A program made the position numbers and the translations under genes. From Octopus sinensis (Eukaryota), in contig NC_043006.1 of assembly GCF_006345805.1 (NCBI RefSeq), forward strand, positions 102,424,001-102,488,000: DNA of 64,000 nt, in the 5' to 3' direction. Under the pieces are notes generated by a model. The model ran no database searches and was not told the origin of the DNA. It saw only the letters and a list, made by a program, of their open reading frames with translations. Below are positions 36,801-51,503 of this stretch, in pieces. Within the stretch, counting starts at the first letter, position 1. Each line of letters starts with the position of its first letter.

Positions 36801-39800
36801 TTTTTTTTGCTTCTCTTACATTAGAATTAATTGACTGGTTCTAGAATATTCAAATATATATTCATGTTGTAACAGTTTCAAGAAGTTCTTAGCAAAGAAC
36901 AGACCACTATTTTCAGCATTTATTGGCCTGGAGAAGGCATTTGGCCGAGTGACATGCTCTGTAGTGGTAGTCACTAAGACAAAACGAAAAAAATGTTGTT
37001 GAAGAATGGCTCATGAGCACCGTGCAAGATACGTACAAAAATACTGTTATCAAGATGAGAATTAGCAAGGAGTTTGGCGAGGAATTCAGCATGTAGGGAG
37101 ATATCTCTCAGGGTTTGGTTCTTAGCCCACTTCTGTTTATTGTAGTTCTTCAGGCTAAGGCAGAGGAGTTTAAAAGTTGAAATTCATGGGAACCTTTGTA
37201 TGCTGATATCATTGTTGAATCTTTGTAAGAATTATAGAAAAAATTTCTGAACATGCAAGCAAATTTTTAAATAGGCAAAGAGGGTTAATACCAACACCTA
37301 ACCTTTGAATACCTTTAGGTAAGTTCATTCTATTGCAGGCTTTTGGGTCATGTCTCTGGTCTGAGGTTGATTACCTTCTAATAATTTCAAAGACCCTGTA
37401 AAGTGGCATGGGCACTGCTGTCTCCTCTTGTTAATTTTAGTTTGTAGGAAAGAAGACAAAACTCTGCTGTCTATGTTTAACATGCAGAAAATGAGTTGTT
37501 AGGAATGCCTTGTGGTATACTCAGTGTGTAGGTGTACAACAGGTGCATTAGGATCATACGCTGGTTGACAGGAGGTCTCTATGTATAGCAGACTAGCAGG
37601 ACTAATAGCAGTTAGAGTTCTCAAAATAAATTCTTTCAAATGATCTTGACACTCGTTAGAAGTATTTGACAATTGAATGGCTTAATTAGTGGTTGAGGAA
37701 GATGTTGAAAAAGAATAGTTATCCGAGTGAAAATGGGGTGAAAAAAGTGTTCGGGAAGTTGTTACTTCTGCAAACAAAAGTGAGATTCTCTCTCTCTCTC
37801 TCTTAGTGAAAAGAAGATGGTAAGATGTATGTATACAAACTGTGATGCTGCATGGTACCAAACATTGGTATTGAATAGGTAGGATGTGTAAATATTGGAA
37901 AGAAATGAAACAAATATGTTCTGTTGGATGTGTAATGTTGGAATAACATGGTGCAAATGAACCGAGAGAAAAACTGGGTGCAAAGGGAATCAAATGTCAT
38001 GTACAAGAGAGAAAACTGTGCAATGACAGGCATGTGTAAAGAGGGAGCAGGTGACCCAAATGAAAAGAAGCTGCAAAAGAAGAAAAGAAGGAAAAGTGAT
38101 GAAAATTGATCCAATGTATCTTTCCATTTTTCTTAAGGCAGTGATCTATGTTTGGTTCAAATTCTGAAGCAGACACATCATCAAAGTATTGCTAATATTG
38201 ATTGTTTTGTTTGGCCGTAGCCAGTACCGCATCGACTGACCTCCGTGCTGTGGGCACGTAACAAACACCATCCAATCGTGGCCGTGCTAGCCTCTCCTGG
38301 CCTCCATGCAGGTGGCACGTAAAAAACACCATCCGAGCGTGGCCGTTCGCCAGCCTCATCTGGCTCCTGTGTCGGTGGCACATAAAAAGCACCCACTACA
38401 CTCACGGAGTGGTTGGCGTTAGGAAGGACATCCAGCTGTAGAAACACTGCCAGATCAGACAGGAGCCTGGTGCAGCCTCCTGGCTTCCCAGACCCCAGTT
38501 GAACCGTCCAACCCATGCTAGCATGGAAAGCGGCCGTTAAACGATGATGGTGGTGTAATATTGATTGTTTTAAGGTGGCGAGCTGACAGAAATATTAGCT
38601 GTATTTATTTCTTAATTGCCCACAAGGGGCTAAACATAGAGGGGACAAACAAGGACAGACAAAAGGATTTAGTCGATTACATTGATCCCCAGTGCATAAC
38701 TGGTACTTATTTAATTGACCCCGAAAGGATGAAAGGCAAAGTCAACCTCGGTGGAATTTGAACTCAGAACGTAGCAGCAGACAAAATACCACTAAGCATT
38801 TCGCCTGGCATACTAACAATTCTGTCTGTTCGCCACCGTATGCTTAGCAGTATTTCGTCTGTCTTTATGTTCTCGGTTCAAATTCTGCTGAGGTCGACTT
38901 TGCCTTTCATCCTTTCAGGGTCAATAAATTAAGTACTGGGGTCAATCTAATTGACTGGCCCCCCCCTACCCCAAAATTTCGGCCCTTGTGCCTAGAGTAG
39001 AAAATAATGTTGATTTTGTTTTGTTTCTTTGTTCTTTAGATCCTCAGATGGAGAAGACATTTGAGAATGTTTTCAATCCTATTGAGGAAATCTCAGTTCC
39101 ATTAAACTATGCTTGGCGCCTTGCGAAACATCTCAGCTACATAAAAGGGAATGAAAAATTCAGGGAGTCTTTCCAGAGAGTAAGTAGATATATGATTTCT
39201 TTGTATTATTTGTCTGTCTATTTCTCTCCCTCTTTCTCTTCCAACTGATTATTTTTGTAACAGCAGATGAGTCATGGAAGTCAGTTTTAACAGATAGATG
39301 GACTTTTTACCTGTGCCGGTGGCACATAAAAAAGCACCATCCGAACGTGGCCGTTGCCAGCGCCGCCTCAACTGGCTTCCGTGCTGGTGGCACGTTAAAA
39401 GCACAAATCCAATCGTGGCCGATGCCAGACCCCCCCCCCTGGCACTTGTGCCGGTGGCATGTAAAAAGTACCCACTACACTCGCGGAGTGGTTGGCGTTA
39501 GGAAGGGCATCCAGCTGTAGAAACACTGCCAGATCAGACTGGAGCCTGGTGCAGCCCCTGGCTTCCCAGACGCCGGTTGAACCGTCCAACCCGTGCTAGC
39601 GCGAAAAACGGACATTAAATGATGATGATGATGTGTACATTCTAGAATGAATGTATTGCTTTCATTGTCAGCTCCAAGTCAAGCCTGATTAAACAGACCG
39701 TTGTTCAATGGCATTCCAAGTGTGACCATCCTGTCTGTTTTCAAGTATATTGTTGTATTTAGGATTATAGCATTTGTTACATCATTCCTTTTTTTTTTAA

Positions 39801-42800
39801 TTGGGAGGATATGATTTGAGGGAAATTTAGCAGTTATTTCTATCTGGTTGTACTTTCTCCTTGGCTATCAAACAGATAGCTCTTTTTTTTCTTTTGTATT
39901 CCTTCTACGGGCCCCCATGCTGGTGGCACGTAAAAAGCACCATCCAACCGTGGCTGTTTGCCAGCCCCGTCTGGCACCTGCACTGGTGGCACATAAAAAG
40001 CACCCACTACACTCACAGAGTGGTTGGCATTAGGAAGGGCATCCAACCGTAGAAACATTGCCAGATCAGACTGGAGCCTGGTGCAGATCTGGCTTCCCAG
40101 ACCCCAGTTGAACCGTCCAACCCATGCTAGCATGGAAAGCGGACGCTAAACGATGATGAGGATGTAACTAGGTGTTCTTTCCGAGATATGTGGGTGGTAC
40201 TATAGTGTCTGGCATTTTATAAAAGATTTGTCTCAGCCTTATTTTATTGACCCTTGAAGGATGAAAGGCAAAATTCACCTCAGTGCATAAAGATAGACCA
40301 TTAAATACCACAAGGCATTTTGGCTGATGCTTTAATAATTCTGCCAATCTGCTGCCCTTTTTGGGTGTCAGACCAATTGAATCAGTTCTAATCATATTAT
40401 TGCTGTATAGATAGGAAAAGCAAATTCAACTCCTGTGAGATTTGAATTCTGAAATTAAATGTTTCTATTCCTCAGCTATCGAAATAATTATGATAATAAT
40501 ATTGATTTCAAATTTTGCCACAAGCCCAGCAATTTCAGCAGGGGTGGGTAAGTTGGTTGCATCAAACCCAGTATTCAACTGGTACTTATTTTATTGACCC
40601 TGAAAGGATGAAAAGCAAAGTTGATCTTTGCAGAATTTGAACTCGGATCATGAAGATGGATGCAATGCCACTAAACATTTCACCTAGCATGCAAACAATT
40701 CTGCCAATTTACTGCTTTAACAATGACAATAGTAATATTAACAACATCCTGTTGATTTTTTTTATTAGGTAATGGAATCCTAGATACACTTTTTCAATTA
40801 AAAGATAAGATGATGATGATGGCAATGCTTTTGGCCATAGGTCTTCTGCTCAGTCAAAGCTCAGAGCATAAAAACAAAAATTGACCATTTTTATTGAACA
40901 CAAACATTAAATACAAATTCAGATTCTCAACTGAAGGGTTTACTTTTGTAACACTTGTTTATTTCCTTGGCGTTACCATGGAGTTAACAATAGTCATCAT
41001 TATCATCATTGTTTAAATTACTAATTTCCCCTGCTTGCATTGAGGTAGGTTTTCTTCAGCCAGATACCCTCCTTTTTGCCAGCCTTCACCTGTTTCCAAG
41101 CAAGGTGGTATTTCTTCATGGCCTGACATGTTTTTGTGGATTGAAAATGGACACTGCTTGTAAGAGGGTGACTCTCATTTACAAGTGTCTTATGATATCA
41201 GGGCAAAGACACAAAGCACACACATATACATACAATGAGCTTCTTTCAGTTTCTGTCCACCAAATCTAGTCTTTAACTTTTCTTATTTTACTGAGCTGAA
41301 AGGATGAAAGGCAAAGTTGAAGTTGGCAGGATTTGAGCCCAGAAAGTAAAGAACTGCTGGGCATTTTGTCTGACAACTTTACTAATCCACCATCTTCAGT
41401 TATGAAATAACAATAACCATTATTCTTATTTTTATTATTATCCCTTGCAGTATTTCTGTTTCTTTATGCTGTGAGTGTAAATCCTGAGGTCAACTTTACC
41501 TTTCAAGGCTTTGCTTGACCTTAAGCTATAGCAGCAGACATTTGCTTAAGATACTTCACAGCGGGACTGTACCTGAAATCATATGGTTGAGAATCTTCTT
41601 AACAATACAGTCATACCTGTGGCTGTACAACTGTTAAATTATCACCTGTTGTATAACTATTTAAATTCTATCTTTTACCTTTTAGATTCATTCACAAGTG
41701 GATCAAGCTAAGAACGAGAGGTGGATAAGTGAACCGTTGTATAATGCAGTAAAGGTAAGTTGTTACACAACCACTAAATATCTATTTGTTTCTACACTTC
41801 TCCAAATATTAAAGACAGTGTGTGTGTCCTGTAAAGAAACAGGGTTGAATAGATCTTTTGATAGCTACACTCAGGCTGTTTATACTCTTAATAATATTTT
41901 CCTATTAATTTCAGCTCTACAGTCCTAAAAGGACATGGATGAGCTGGTGCAGTTATGGACTTTTTGGACAAGGATAGGAGGACAACAGTTTGAGTGTTTA
42001 GGTCTCTGGTCCTCCTTGTTCTGCTCTATACTTACACAACTTGGCCTCTGCCTGGGGTCCTTAGGAGCTGTCTGAATTCCTTTACTACTAGAACACTTTG
42101 CAGGATTATGGGTCAGATATTGGTCAGATTTTGTATTCAACCAATGACTCTACTCAGAAACTGGGATGGTGTCCTGTCCTTGTATGATTCAGGAGTTCTA
42201 TCTCAGACTATTTGGCCATGTTGCTTGATTTTTCAATTTAGACTCTGTTTATCATGTTCTCTTCATTTAGAATCTGGCTTGTGTTAATTGACCATATGCC
42301 ATATGGTCACAGCAGATGTGGAGGCATCTCATGGAAATAAGGACTGACTGGGACTCAGTTCAAAGGGTTGCCTGAGAGGTGAATATACCTACAAATGGTG
42401 AATGCAGCAATGCACTGAAATGGTGCACTGCCCCCCCACCAGAACCCTAAAACATGTACCTTCCATCTAACAAGCTTCCACACAGTTTCCATCCACCTAA
42501 TTTTACTCACAAGGCTTGGGCAACCCAAGCTTGTGCTAGAAAGACATTCTCAGGGTTCCACATTGTGGGAACCATGCAGTTGTGTCCAACGCCCACTGTC
42601 TTCAGGACCCTTACTTACAATTATGTCCAGTCCTTTCTCCCCAGAACTTTGACCCTCTGGAATCTGCTCCCTACTTGTGTCTTTCCTTTAGAGGGTGTTG
42701 ATTTGCAACTGTTTAAGCAGAGCATTAACAAGAGCAAGTTCACCAGTTCTGGAGCTCCTGTAAAGGTTATGGGCCCTGCAAGTGTAAAAAATAAAAACAG

Positions 42801-45800
42801 AAAAAAGGGAATTCCTAAATCACACAACTATTCATTTATCTCCTTTAACCCTTTAGTGTTCACATTATTCTGCCAAAACTAACCCTTTTTTATCCACATT
42901 GTTTTGAACTAATCATGCATTATCTTGTAGCTATGAGATTTTGATGAGGAAGCTGTTAATTTTTAGAACGATATTGTAGGGTTGGTGTGAGAGACCAGAT
43001 CTGGCCAGTTTGAACATAAAACAGGCAGAATACTTTTGGCCGGATATGGCCGGTTTAAATGCTAAAGGGTTAATCCTTCAGCACTCAGATTAGTTTGTCA
43101 AATATAAAGCTTATTTATTCACCTTATTTTGAATTAATCCTATATTATCTTGTAGCTTTGTGATTTTGTTTATGGGTTTATTTACTTTTAGTTTGACAAT
43201 TTAGGGTAGGTGTAAGAGGGTGTTTTTGGCCAGTTTGAACATAAATCAAATAAAATATTTTGGCCGGATATGACTGGCTTAACCCTTTGGGATTCAGATT
43301 TCTTTGTGAAATTTATTGCTTATTTAATTCATACTGTTTTGAATTAATCACATATTATTTTGCAACTTTAAAATTTAAATGGTGTGGCTTTATATTTTAA
43401 AAATGACATTGTAGGGTAGGTGTGAGAAGTTGGATCCAGACAGTTTTAACATAAAGCAGGTGGAATATTTGGGCCGGATTAAATGCTAAAGGGTTAAAGT
43501 ATTTATGTATTTATTTACTATTTTCTTCTCTTGTTTTCAGGAAGTGAATGCTGACCGATCTAAATTGGATACCTACCAGCAGCAGTTACTTAATCTTTAT
43601 CTATTAGAAGGCCACTTAAATGGCATTGAGATCAGTGGGTCCAGCCGGAAAAAGTTTATTGATATCTTACGCAAACTAACACGTGAAAGAAATACATTTA
43701 GGTAAAATATACTTCTCACAGTTGCCAAACAAGTTTCTTTGTTCTGCCTCTACCTCCCGTCCTCTCCCCACAGCTTCTGTGCCTCCTTAATGGCCCTTCT
43801 TATTTTTCTCCCATGGCCTAACTCCATGGCCCCTACACCTCTCTCACCTTTGCTGAGTCTCTAATGATTCCTCTATCCTAGTTTACTGTTCCCTACATGT
43901 CCCCTTTCCCCCACATCTTTATATACTTGTCCTTATAATATAGGATAGCCCTAGACCCCTCCACACTACTTACTCTATCCTCCTGCTTTTCTCAATAATC
44001 CTGTCCCTAATCTCTTCCTTCTCTCTCATAGTGGTCAGTCTACAATCCACTATCTTATCAGTTCCTGCCAAACTGTCCAGCCTGCGCAAGCATGAAAACC
44101 TGATGTTAAATGATGATGATGATGATGTCCTTCAACTGTATTTCTTAACCTTCAGCTATCATAATACTCTCTCTCTCTCTTTCGGAGAGGCACTGAGCAC
44201 CTACACACACACATACACACACGGCAGTAACTTCCACCTACCAACTTCAATCACAAAGCTTCGGTCGACTCGGGGCTAAAGCAGAAGACACCTGCCTAAA
44301 GTGCAATAAAGTTAAATCCAGTGAGATGTCTGAAGATGTCTTTGCCCTATTCTAAATGCATACAAACAAGAAATTATATATTTTTAAGTATATTTGGCCT
44401 TCTTTGTAGAAATTAACCGTAAATGAAGATGCTAATTAGTGGCACATAACTGATCCTTGAGAATGTTGCTTGCAAACCTTTCATTTCTCTTTAATTCCTT
44501 TGATTTCTACCCAAAATCCATATTTCTATGTTATTAACATACATGAAACCACTCTTGTTTAATTTTTCATGTTCAAATTAAAACTAATGTCCTTTAAAAT
44601 TTCATTATTATACGAAGGATGATAACTTAAAAAGTTTGCTTGTATTTACATTATAATTGGTATTCAAATTTACCTTAGTATAATACTGAACACACTCTGT
44701 ACTACTTATGACTTGCTTACTTTAAATTGGTGGTTCATAATTGAGGTCCTTATGATCTTTGAAACAATAGAATTTATTTTTGTATGACAGAATAAATTTT
44801 AAGCCAGAGAACATAAATGGAGAAGAGTCTTATATGCATTAAAATAATCAATTGAATAGATACAATATCTCAGATAGCATCAGATGCAATATCTTAAAGG
44901 TTTTGTTCTTTCTCTCTGCATTCTGTGTTCAAATCCCACCCAAATCATATTTGCTTTTCATTGTTATGGGGTTGTTAAAAAGTGTACCAAGAGTGATGGA
45001 TTGGTTGAACTTAAAAAACTTTGGATCAGATACCTTGTTGTATTTGTTCTGAAATTTTGCTTTCTTAGTTCAAATTCCACCATGGCTCACGTGAGTGGTA
45101 GGCTTTAATCCATTGCCTTGTTTGATAACAACACCTGGCATCTTGGGTGCCTTTAGTGAAGACCATTCTGTTGCAAGAATTTATGCTGGGAGAGTTATTA
45201 ACCTGCCGGATAAAATGTTTAGCAGCGTTTCTTCTAACTTTATGTTCTGAGTTCAAATTCTACAAAGGTTATCTTTGCCTTTCATCCTTTCAAAATCGAT
45301 AAAATAAAGTGTCAATTTTGAGCAGTGGGTGGGGGTGGGGCTTCAGTATAATCAACTTGTCTCTGCCCCCCAAATTTCCAGCCTTATGCCTATTGTAGAA
45401 AAAAAACAAACTCATACCAAGTCTCCAGTGTAAAGATATCTATTTCTTTACTGCCCACAAGGGGCTAAACACAGAGAGGACAAACAAAGACAGACAAACG
45501 GATTAAGTCGATTAGATCGACCCCAGTGCGTAACTGGTACTTATTCAATCGACCCCGAAAGGATGAAAGGCAAAGTCGACCTCGGCGGAATTTGAACTCA
45601 GAATGTAACGACAGACGAAATACCGCTGAGCATTTCGCCTGACGTGCTAACGTTTCTACCAACTCGCTGCCATGCCAGTGTAAAGATACCTTCCTCTCTC
45701 TCTCACCTATTTCATGGGGCCCTGTAAAAATTCATGGGTAATGCCTACCATCATTACTTAAAAAAACACATTTTTAAACAATCCTTTATTAAGGTATTAT

Positions 45801-48800
45801 TATATATTTCGTTTTCAATTTGTTCAGGAGCAAAGTGATGGTGTGTCAGAATATGTTTTCTCAGTGGGTCACTGATTACTCTTTTGTCAAAAATATGTCC
45901 CCTGCTATAATATCCATGATGGCTGCTGACAAGTAAGTTGAATTTCTTTGGTTTGGAAACTTTTGGCTAATTTTGTAAATTCTACAGCTATATATATACT
46001 CATTCTTTCAGAACTAGACATCACCTTTCCACAGGTGCAAGCAACTATTATGTGGTGAAGAAGTTCACTTTGAAACCATGTGGTACTGGGTTCAATCTCA
46101 CTGACAGTACATTGTGTGTCTTGTACTCTATCCTCAGATTAATTAATATCTTGTAAGTGAAACTCACAGAAACTATGCAGATGCTCATTGTGTGGGTGTA
46201 CTTATATGCTGTTGGCATGAGAAAATGCTCTGAGTTCACCATGTAGATATAACCAAAATGAGCAGTGTGGCTTTTGTTTATCATCATCATCATCATCATC
46301 GTTTAATGTCCACTTTCCATGCTATCATGGGTTGGACGAATGACTGAGGGCTGGCGAATCAGATGGCTGCACCAGGTTTCAATCTTGCTCTGGCAGAGTT
46401 TCTACAGATGGATGCCCTTCCTAACGCCAACCACTCCGAGAGTGTAGTGGATGCGTTTATGTGCCAGTCAGGCGGTACTGGCAACAACCTTGCTCGAATC
46501 TTTTACACATGCCACCGGCACAGGTGCCAGTAAGGCGATGCTGGTAACAATCACGCTCGAAGGTGTCTTTTACTTGCCACCAGCACAGAGGCCAGATAGC
46601 CGCTCTGGCAATGATCATGCTTGGATGGTGCTCTTTAAGGCGACGCTGGTAACGATCATGCTCGAATGGTTCCTTTTAAGTTCCACTGGCACAGAAGCCG
46701 GTTAGCCGCTCTGTCAATGATCACACTCGTATGGTGCTCTTTGCACCCCGCTAGCACAGATGCCAGTCATCGAATTTGATTTTGATTTTTGATTTAGTAT
46801 AGTGAAAATGTAAGGGTTCCAACATTACATAGATGTATGGTGCCAGTGCCATGTAAGAAGCACCCATGCCAGTGCTACATAAAAGTACCTCTGCTGGTGC
46901 CACGTAAAAGCACCCAGTACACTCTGTAAAGTGGTTGACATTGGAAAGGGCATCCAGCCATAGAAACCCCTGTTAAAACTGACAAGGAATCCAGACAGCC
47001 CATCAGCTGGCCAGCTCCTGTCAAACCATCTAAGCCATGCTAGTATGGAAAACAGACGTTAAATGATGATGATGATGATGATGATGATGTACAATATGAC
47101 TTCTGGTTACCAAAGCCAAAATGTACAATGCAACTTCTATCTAAGATAGTGAAAATGTATAAGATGAGCTCAAGTCTGTTTGGCTGATATGTGCAAAATT
47201 CTCTGTCGTAAGTAAAGCTGAACTGTAATGAATGACCACTAGTTAATATTTTAGGTACTGCCTTGTGGTGTATTTTATTACTGATAAGTACAGAGAATTC
47301 TGACCAAGTCTACGTCACTCTCTGCCACTGTGGCCACCACCATAGACTGTGTGGACATATTAAGACAGACTGGAGTGTTGTGGGGTTAAATATAGCATGT
47401 CTGTACTGCCAAACTGCAGCCTATACAGCAAACCACTGCATGTCAGAGTATGGTTCTCTACTAGATGGTGGTATGGTTTATTTAGAATAACAGAATTATT
47501 GCTTAGGACTAGCTGTTTGATTACCTACCATAGATCTCTGTAATCAAAGCTGGCTTGATGCTAAGCAACAACAGCTAAATGCAATGATTTCTTGCCAAAT
47601 ACTTCTAATATATATATATAATATGATCTGAACTGATACTGTTTAGATGCTCAATATTGATTTGAAACTAATAAGATATAATTGATCTCTTTTATTATTT
47701 GACTTTTACTAATTAAAGCCTGAATCTGATTGATTAGGCCTTCATCAATTAGTTTTAGTGTTGCTTGGTGAGAATACAGCAGACCATGAACTATGTAGAG
47801 AACTTAATATGATATGTGTGTGTATACACAGGCTTCAGCATAATTTCTTTGTGACAAATTTCCCTCACAAGGCATTGGTTACCTGAGGCTTTGATGGCAG
47901 ACACATGTCCAGGGGATCAAACCTAGGGATCTTTTCGGTTTGAACGGCAGTTTTTTCTAGCAGTGTCATATGAAATTGTCACCCATAATTATGACCCTAG
48001 TATCGATCTATTGCATTTCAATCTGTTTTAGGGTTAGGGGTGGGGGGAAGGCTATCTTGTTTTCACAAATGTAAATAAACCCAATCTGCTTCTTAAACGA
48101 GGCACATATTCATACGGCACAGAATGTTGTTTACCTCAATGGACATCAGTGATTGGTTGAAATTGCAGAAATTGAAGAAAAAAACAACAAATATCTTTCA
48201 AACTTTAGAATTTTCTCAATAAAGCCAAGAGAAAAAGATGTTTTATAGACATATTCTACCAGTATACAAAGTTTAAAATTTTTTAGTTACCTAGAAATTA
48301 TGTTAAAAACTGCCGTTCAAACCGAAAAGATCCAAACCTAGAACTGTTGTGTGTGGAAATGAACTTCTTTACTGCACATCCATGTCTATTCACATTTTTC
48401 CATATTTTAAATATTCTTTTTCTTTCAGTTTTTACATAAAGCTTATCACATCACTTTAACTCTAGTTAATTTCATGAACTTTTTCATTCAAATCCTGCTA
48501 CAGTCGACTTTGCCTTTCATCCTTTTGAGATTGATAAAAAATAGTTATCAATCCAGAGTGGTGTATTGGCAGAACTGTCTGAATGTCAGACTAGGTACCT
48601 TGTGGTGTTTGTTTTGGCTATCTACATTTTGATGAGATGCCTAAAAACACCCTGATCAACCCTTAGGACTAGTGGAGTGACTAAAGCAAATCTTCAAAAT
48701 GAAATTCCAACACCAAATAGATGTTACTGAACAAAGTCATGATGCGGTTCCTCCAGTTGGAGAATCAGGTGTTCTAGTCACTTTATTGTTCTTTAATTTA

Positions 48801-50803
48801 CAAATAATTATTTAGAACAGACACAATTATGGTAATATTTTTAGAAAGGCTGATATGTTTTCAGAAAATTTTCATCTCCAGACTAAAAGCCTTACAATAT
48901 TTAGTCTAATCCCTCTATGTTCTAAGTTCAAATTTCCATTGAAACCAATTTAGTTTTTCTTCAGTCCAAAGGCCTAAATTAAGTACCAAAACTGTTTCAG
49001 TAATATATTACAGTACCAGACCAGCTGATTGTAAACTATATTCCTTTCTCAAAAATTGTTGGACTGCTGTTTGGTCTAAAGAAACCATTAAGTGTCCTTG
49101 TAATAATTTTATGTTTAAAAATGAAACTGTATTTCCATTACCAGACAACAACCCAAAGTCGGACCATGGCAAGTCACACTTCAGAGTCAGGTATACCAAG
49201 CATTCCTGGAGCACTGCCACAACCGGACACTTCGTTGGAATGTATGGCAAGCATACAATAGCCGTGCAGGACCAAAGCATCAGGAACGAGATCTTGCGAA
49301 CCACAAAATTATTCATGAAATAAGGCTTCTTCGGTAATATATATAAATACATATATTTATTATAAGATTTTTCTTTTCAGTTGTTGCAATATGTTTGAGA
49401 TGAGAATGAAAAGTGATCATAGAATGGTAAAAAATATTGTAAAATTGTAAGGGCTTTCAGTCAGAGGTAAGACAGACCCTGAGAAGACTTGGAGGAGGTC
49501 ATCATTGAAGTATGTGAAAGATTGAATGCATAACAACATTTTTTGGTTAATGAATCTTAGACTTCTGAAATTTATTAATTTTCATCCAACTTAAAAATTG
49601 TGAAATTTGTTTACTCTCTTTGTTGCACCTCAAAACACAAAGTTGTTGAAATATTTCACTTAAACAAAATTTTAATATTTTTACCTTTTGCTCAATTTAC
49701 CTAGATTTACCTGTAATTAAAGTCACTTTGAGACAAAAGTTATGCAATAGAATTGATTAAGAACCCTTTCTTTAATCATGTTCCAAATATCACATTAATA
49801 TGTTGATAAGTAAAAAAGTTACAGTTATTTAATGAAACAAGCCTAAATTCATGATTATTTTAGAATTTAATTGAAACTCATAAGGGGTGTATTTTGGTCA
49901 GAAATATAGTAATGAAAGGGTTAAGAGCTTCTATCATCATCATCATCATATGTCTGTTTCCCATGCTGGTATGGGTTGGATGGTTTGATAGGAGCTCGCC
50001 AGCTAGAGAGCTATCCAAACTCCAATTGTCTCTCATGGCATGGTTTCTACAGCTGGATGCCCTTCCTAATGCCAGCCACTTTACAGAGTGTGCTGGGTGC
50101 TTTTTATGTGCCACCACCAAGAGTGCGTTTTATGTGGCACCAGCACCTGTAAAGGATAAGCCTGTATGTATGGCAGTGATCTTACTTGTCTTCTCAAGTA
50201 CAGCAAATTACCACTATTCCATGGCCTTTAGAATTAAGTAATTTTTAAAATATTTTTTTACATATTAAAATACACCACTACCACCACTGTCTCATCTTAA
50301 TGGACATTTTTCTATGAGTGTATGGGCCAGACAGAAATGAGGCTGAATTCTGTCATCAATCCTCATCCATATTCTATCAGTTTTATGAATATACCAGCCT
50401 GATCTAGCCTCTCACATCTACCCTACAATGTCATTCTAAAAATAAACAATCACATCTTCAAAATTTCAAAGCTACAAGATAATGCATGATTAATTCAAAA
50501 CAATATGAATAAATATGTCTTGCATTTGACAGAGTAATCTGAATGCTAAAGGATTAGATTAACTATATCATTCTTACATGATCAGTGTGGAATGTCAGTT
50601 TTCAGGATATTGGGTCTCAAAGACTAGATGACGTAGGTGTAAGAGGACTGACAGGGTGCTACGGCTGAATATTGTGGGCCTGTCCAACCTTGTGCAGCAT
50701 TGGAAAATAGACATAGAAATAATAATGATGGTAGTTAAGAAAGTAATGGCAAATATCTAAATTTGCAAAACTAACCTAAAAAATTGGATTTAATACTGTT
50801 CAG

Positions 50804-50853
<50 letters not shown>

Positions 50854-51472
50854 GGGTCCAGCTAACTGCTTCACCACATACTCAAATTAAAAAAAGGAGT
50901 TAAAAATTCCTTTTCTACTACCATCAGAATCTCCATGATGGTAAACATACTTTTTTATGAAGGCAAAGAGAAAAACAATGAACCAACGCGACCAGGATTA
51001 ATTATATACGTGTTTCGAGATTAAAATAATTTAAGTTTTACTTCTCTCTTCCGTATAATATTTCCAATTTTTATAAAAGTGCTAGGGCTGAATATGCACA
51101 CAAGCGACATCATGTAACAGATATCCAACCAACAGAAAGGCGACGAGCTGGCAGAAGTGTTAGCACGCCGGGTGAAATGCGTAGCCGTATTTCATCTGCC
51201 GTTACATTCTGAGTTCAAATTCTGCCGAGGTCGACTTTGCCTTTCATCCTTTCAGGGTTGATAAATTAAGTACCAGTTACGCACTGGGGTTGATGTAATC
51301 GACTTAATCCCTTTGTCTGTTCTTGTTTGTCCTCTCTGTGTTTAGCCCCTTGTGGGTAGTAAAGAAATGGGTATCCAACCAACACTTCCAAAACTTACAG
51401 AGCCGAATGTGAATACACTATTCAAACTCTCTACCCATGTGTATGCTACGAACAATACTGCAGAAAACTGCA

Positions 51473-51503
<31 letters not shown>

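Noticed and set aside
49111-49323. ORF-track protein MFKNETV...
   Set aside because: Wrong frame; the real exon 7 is read in another frame (GPWQVTL) between splice sites
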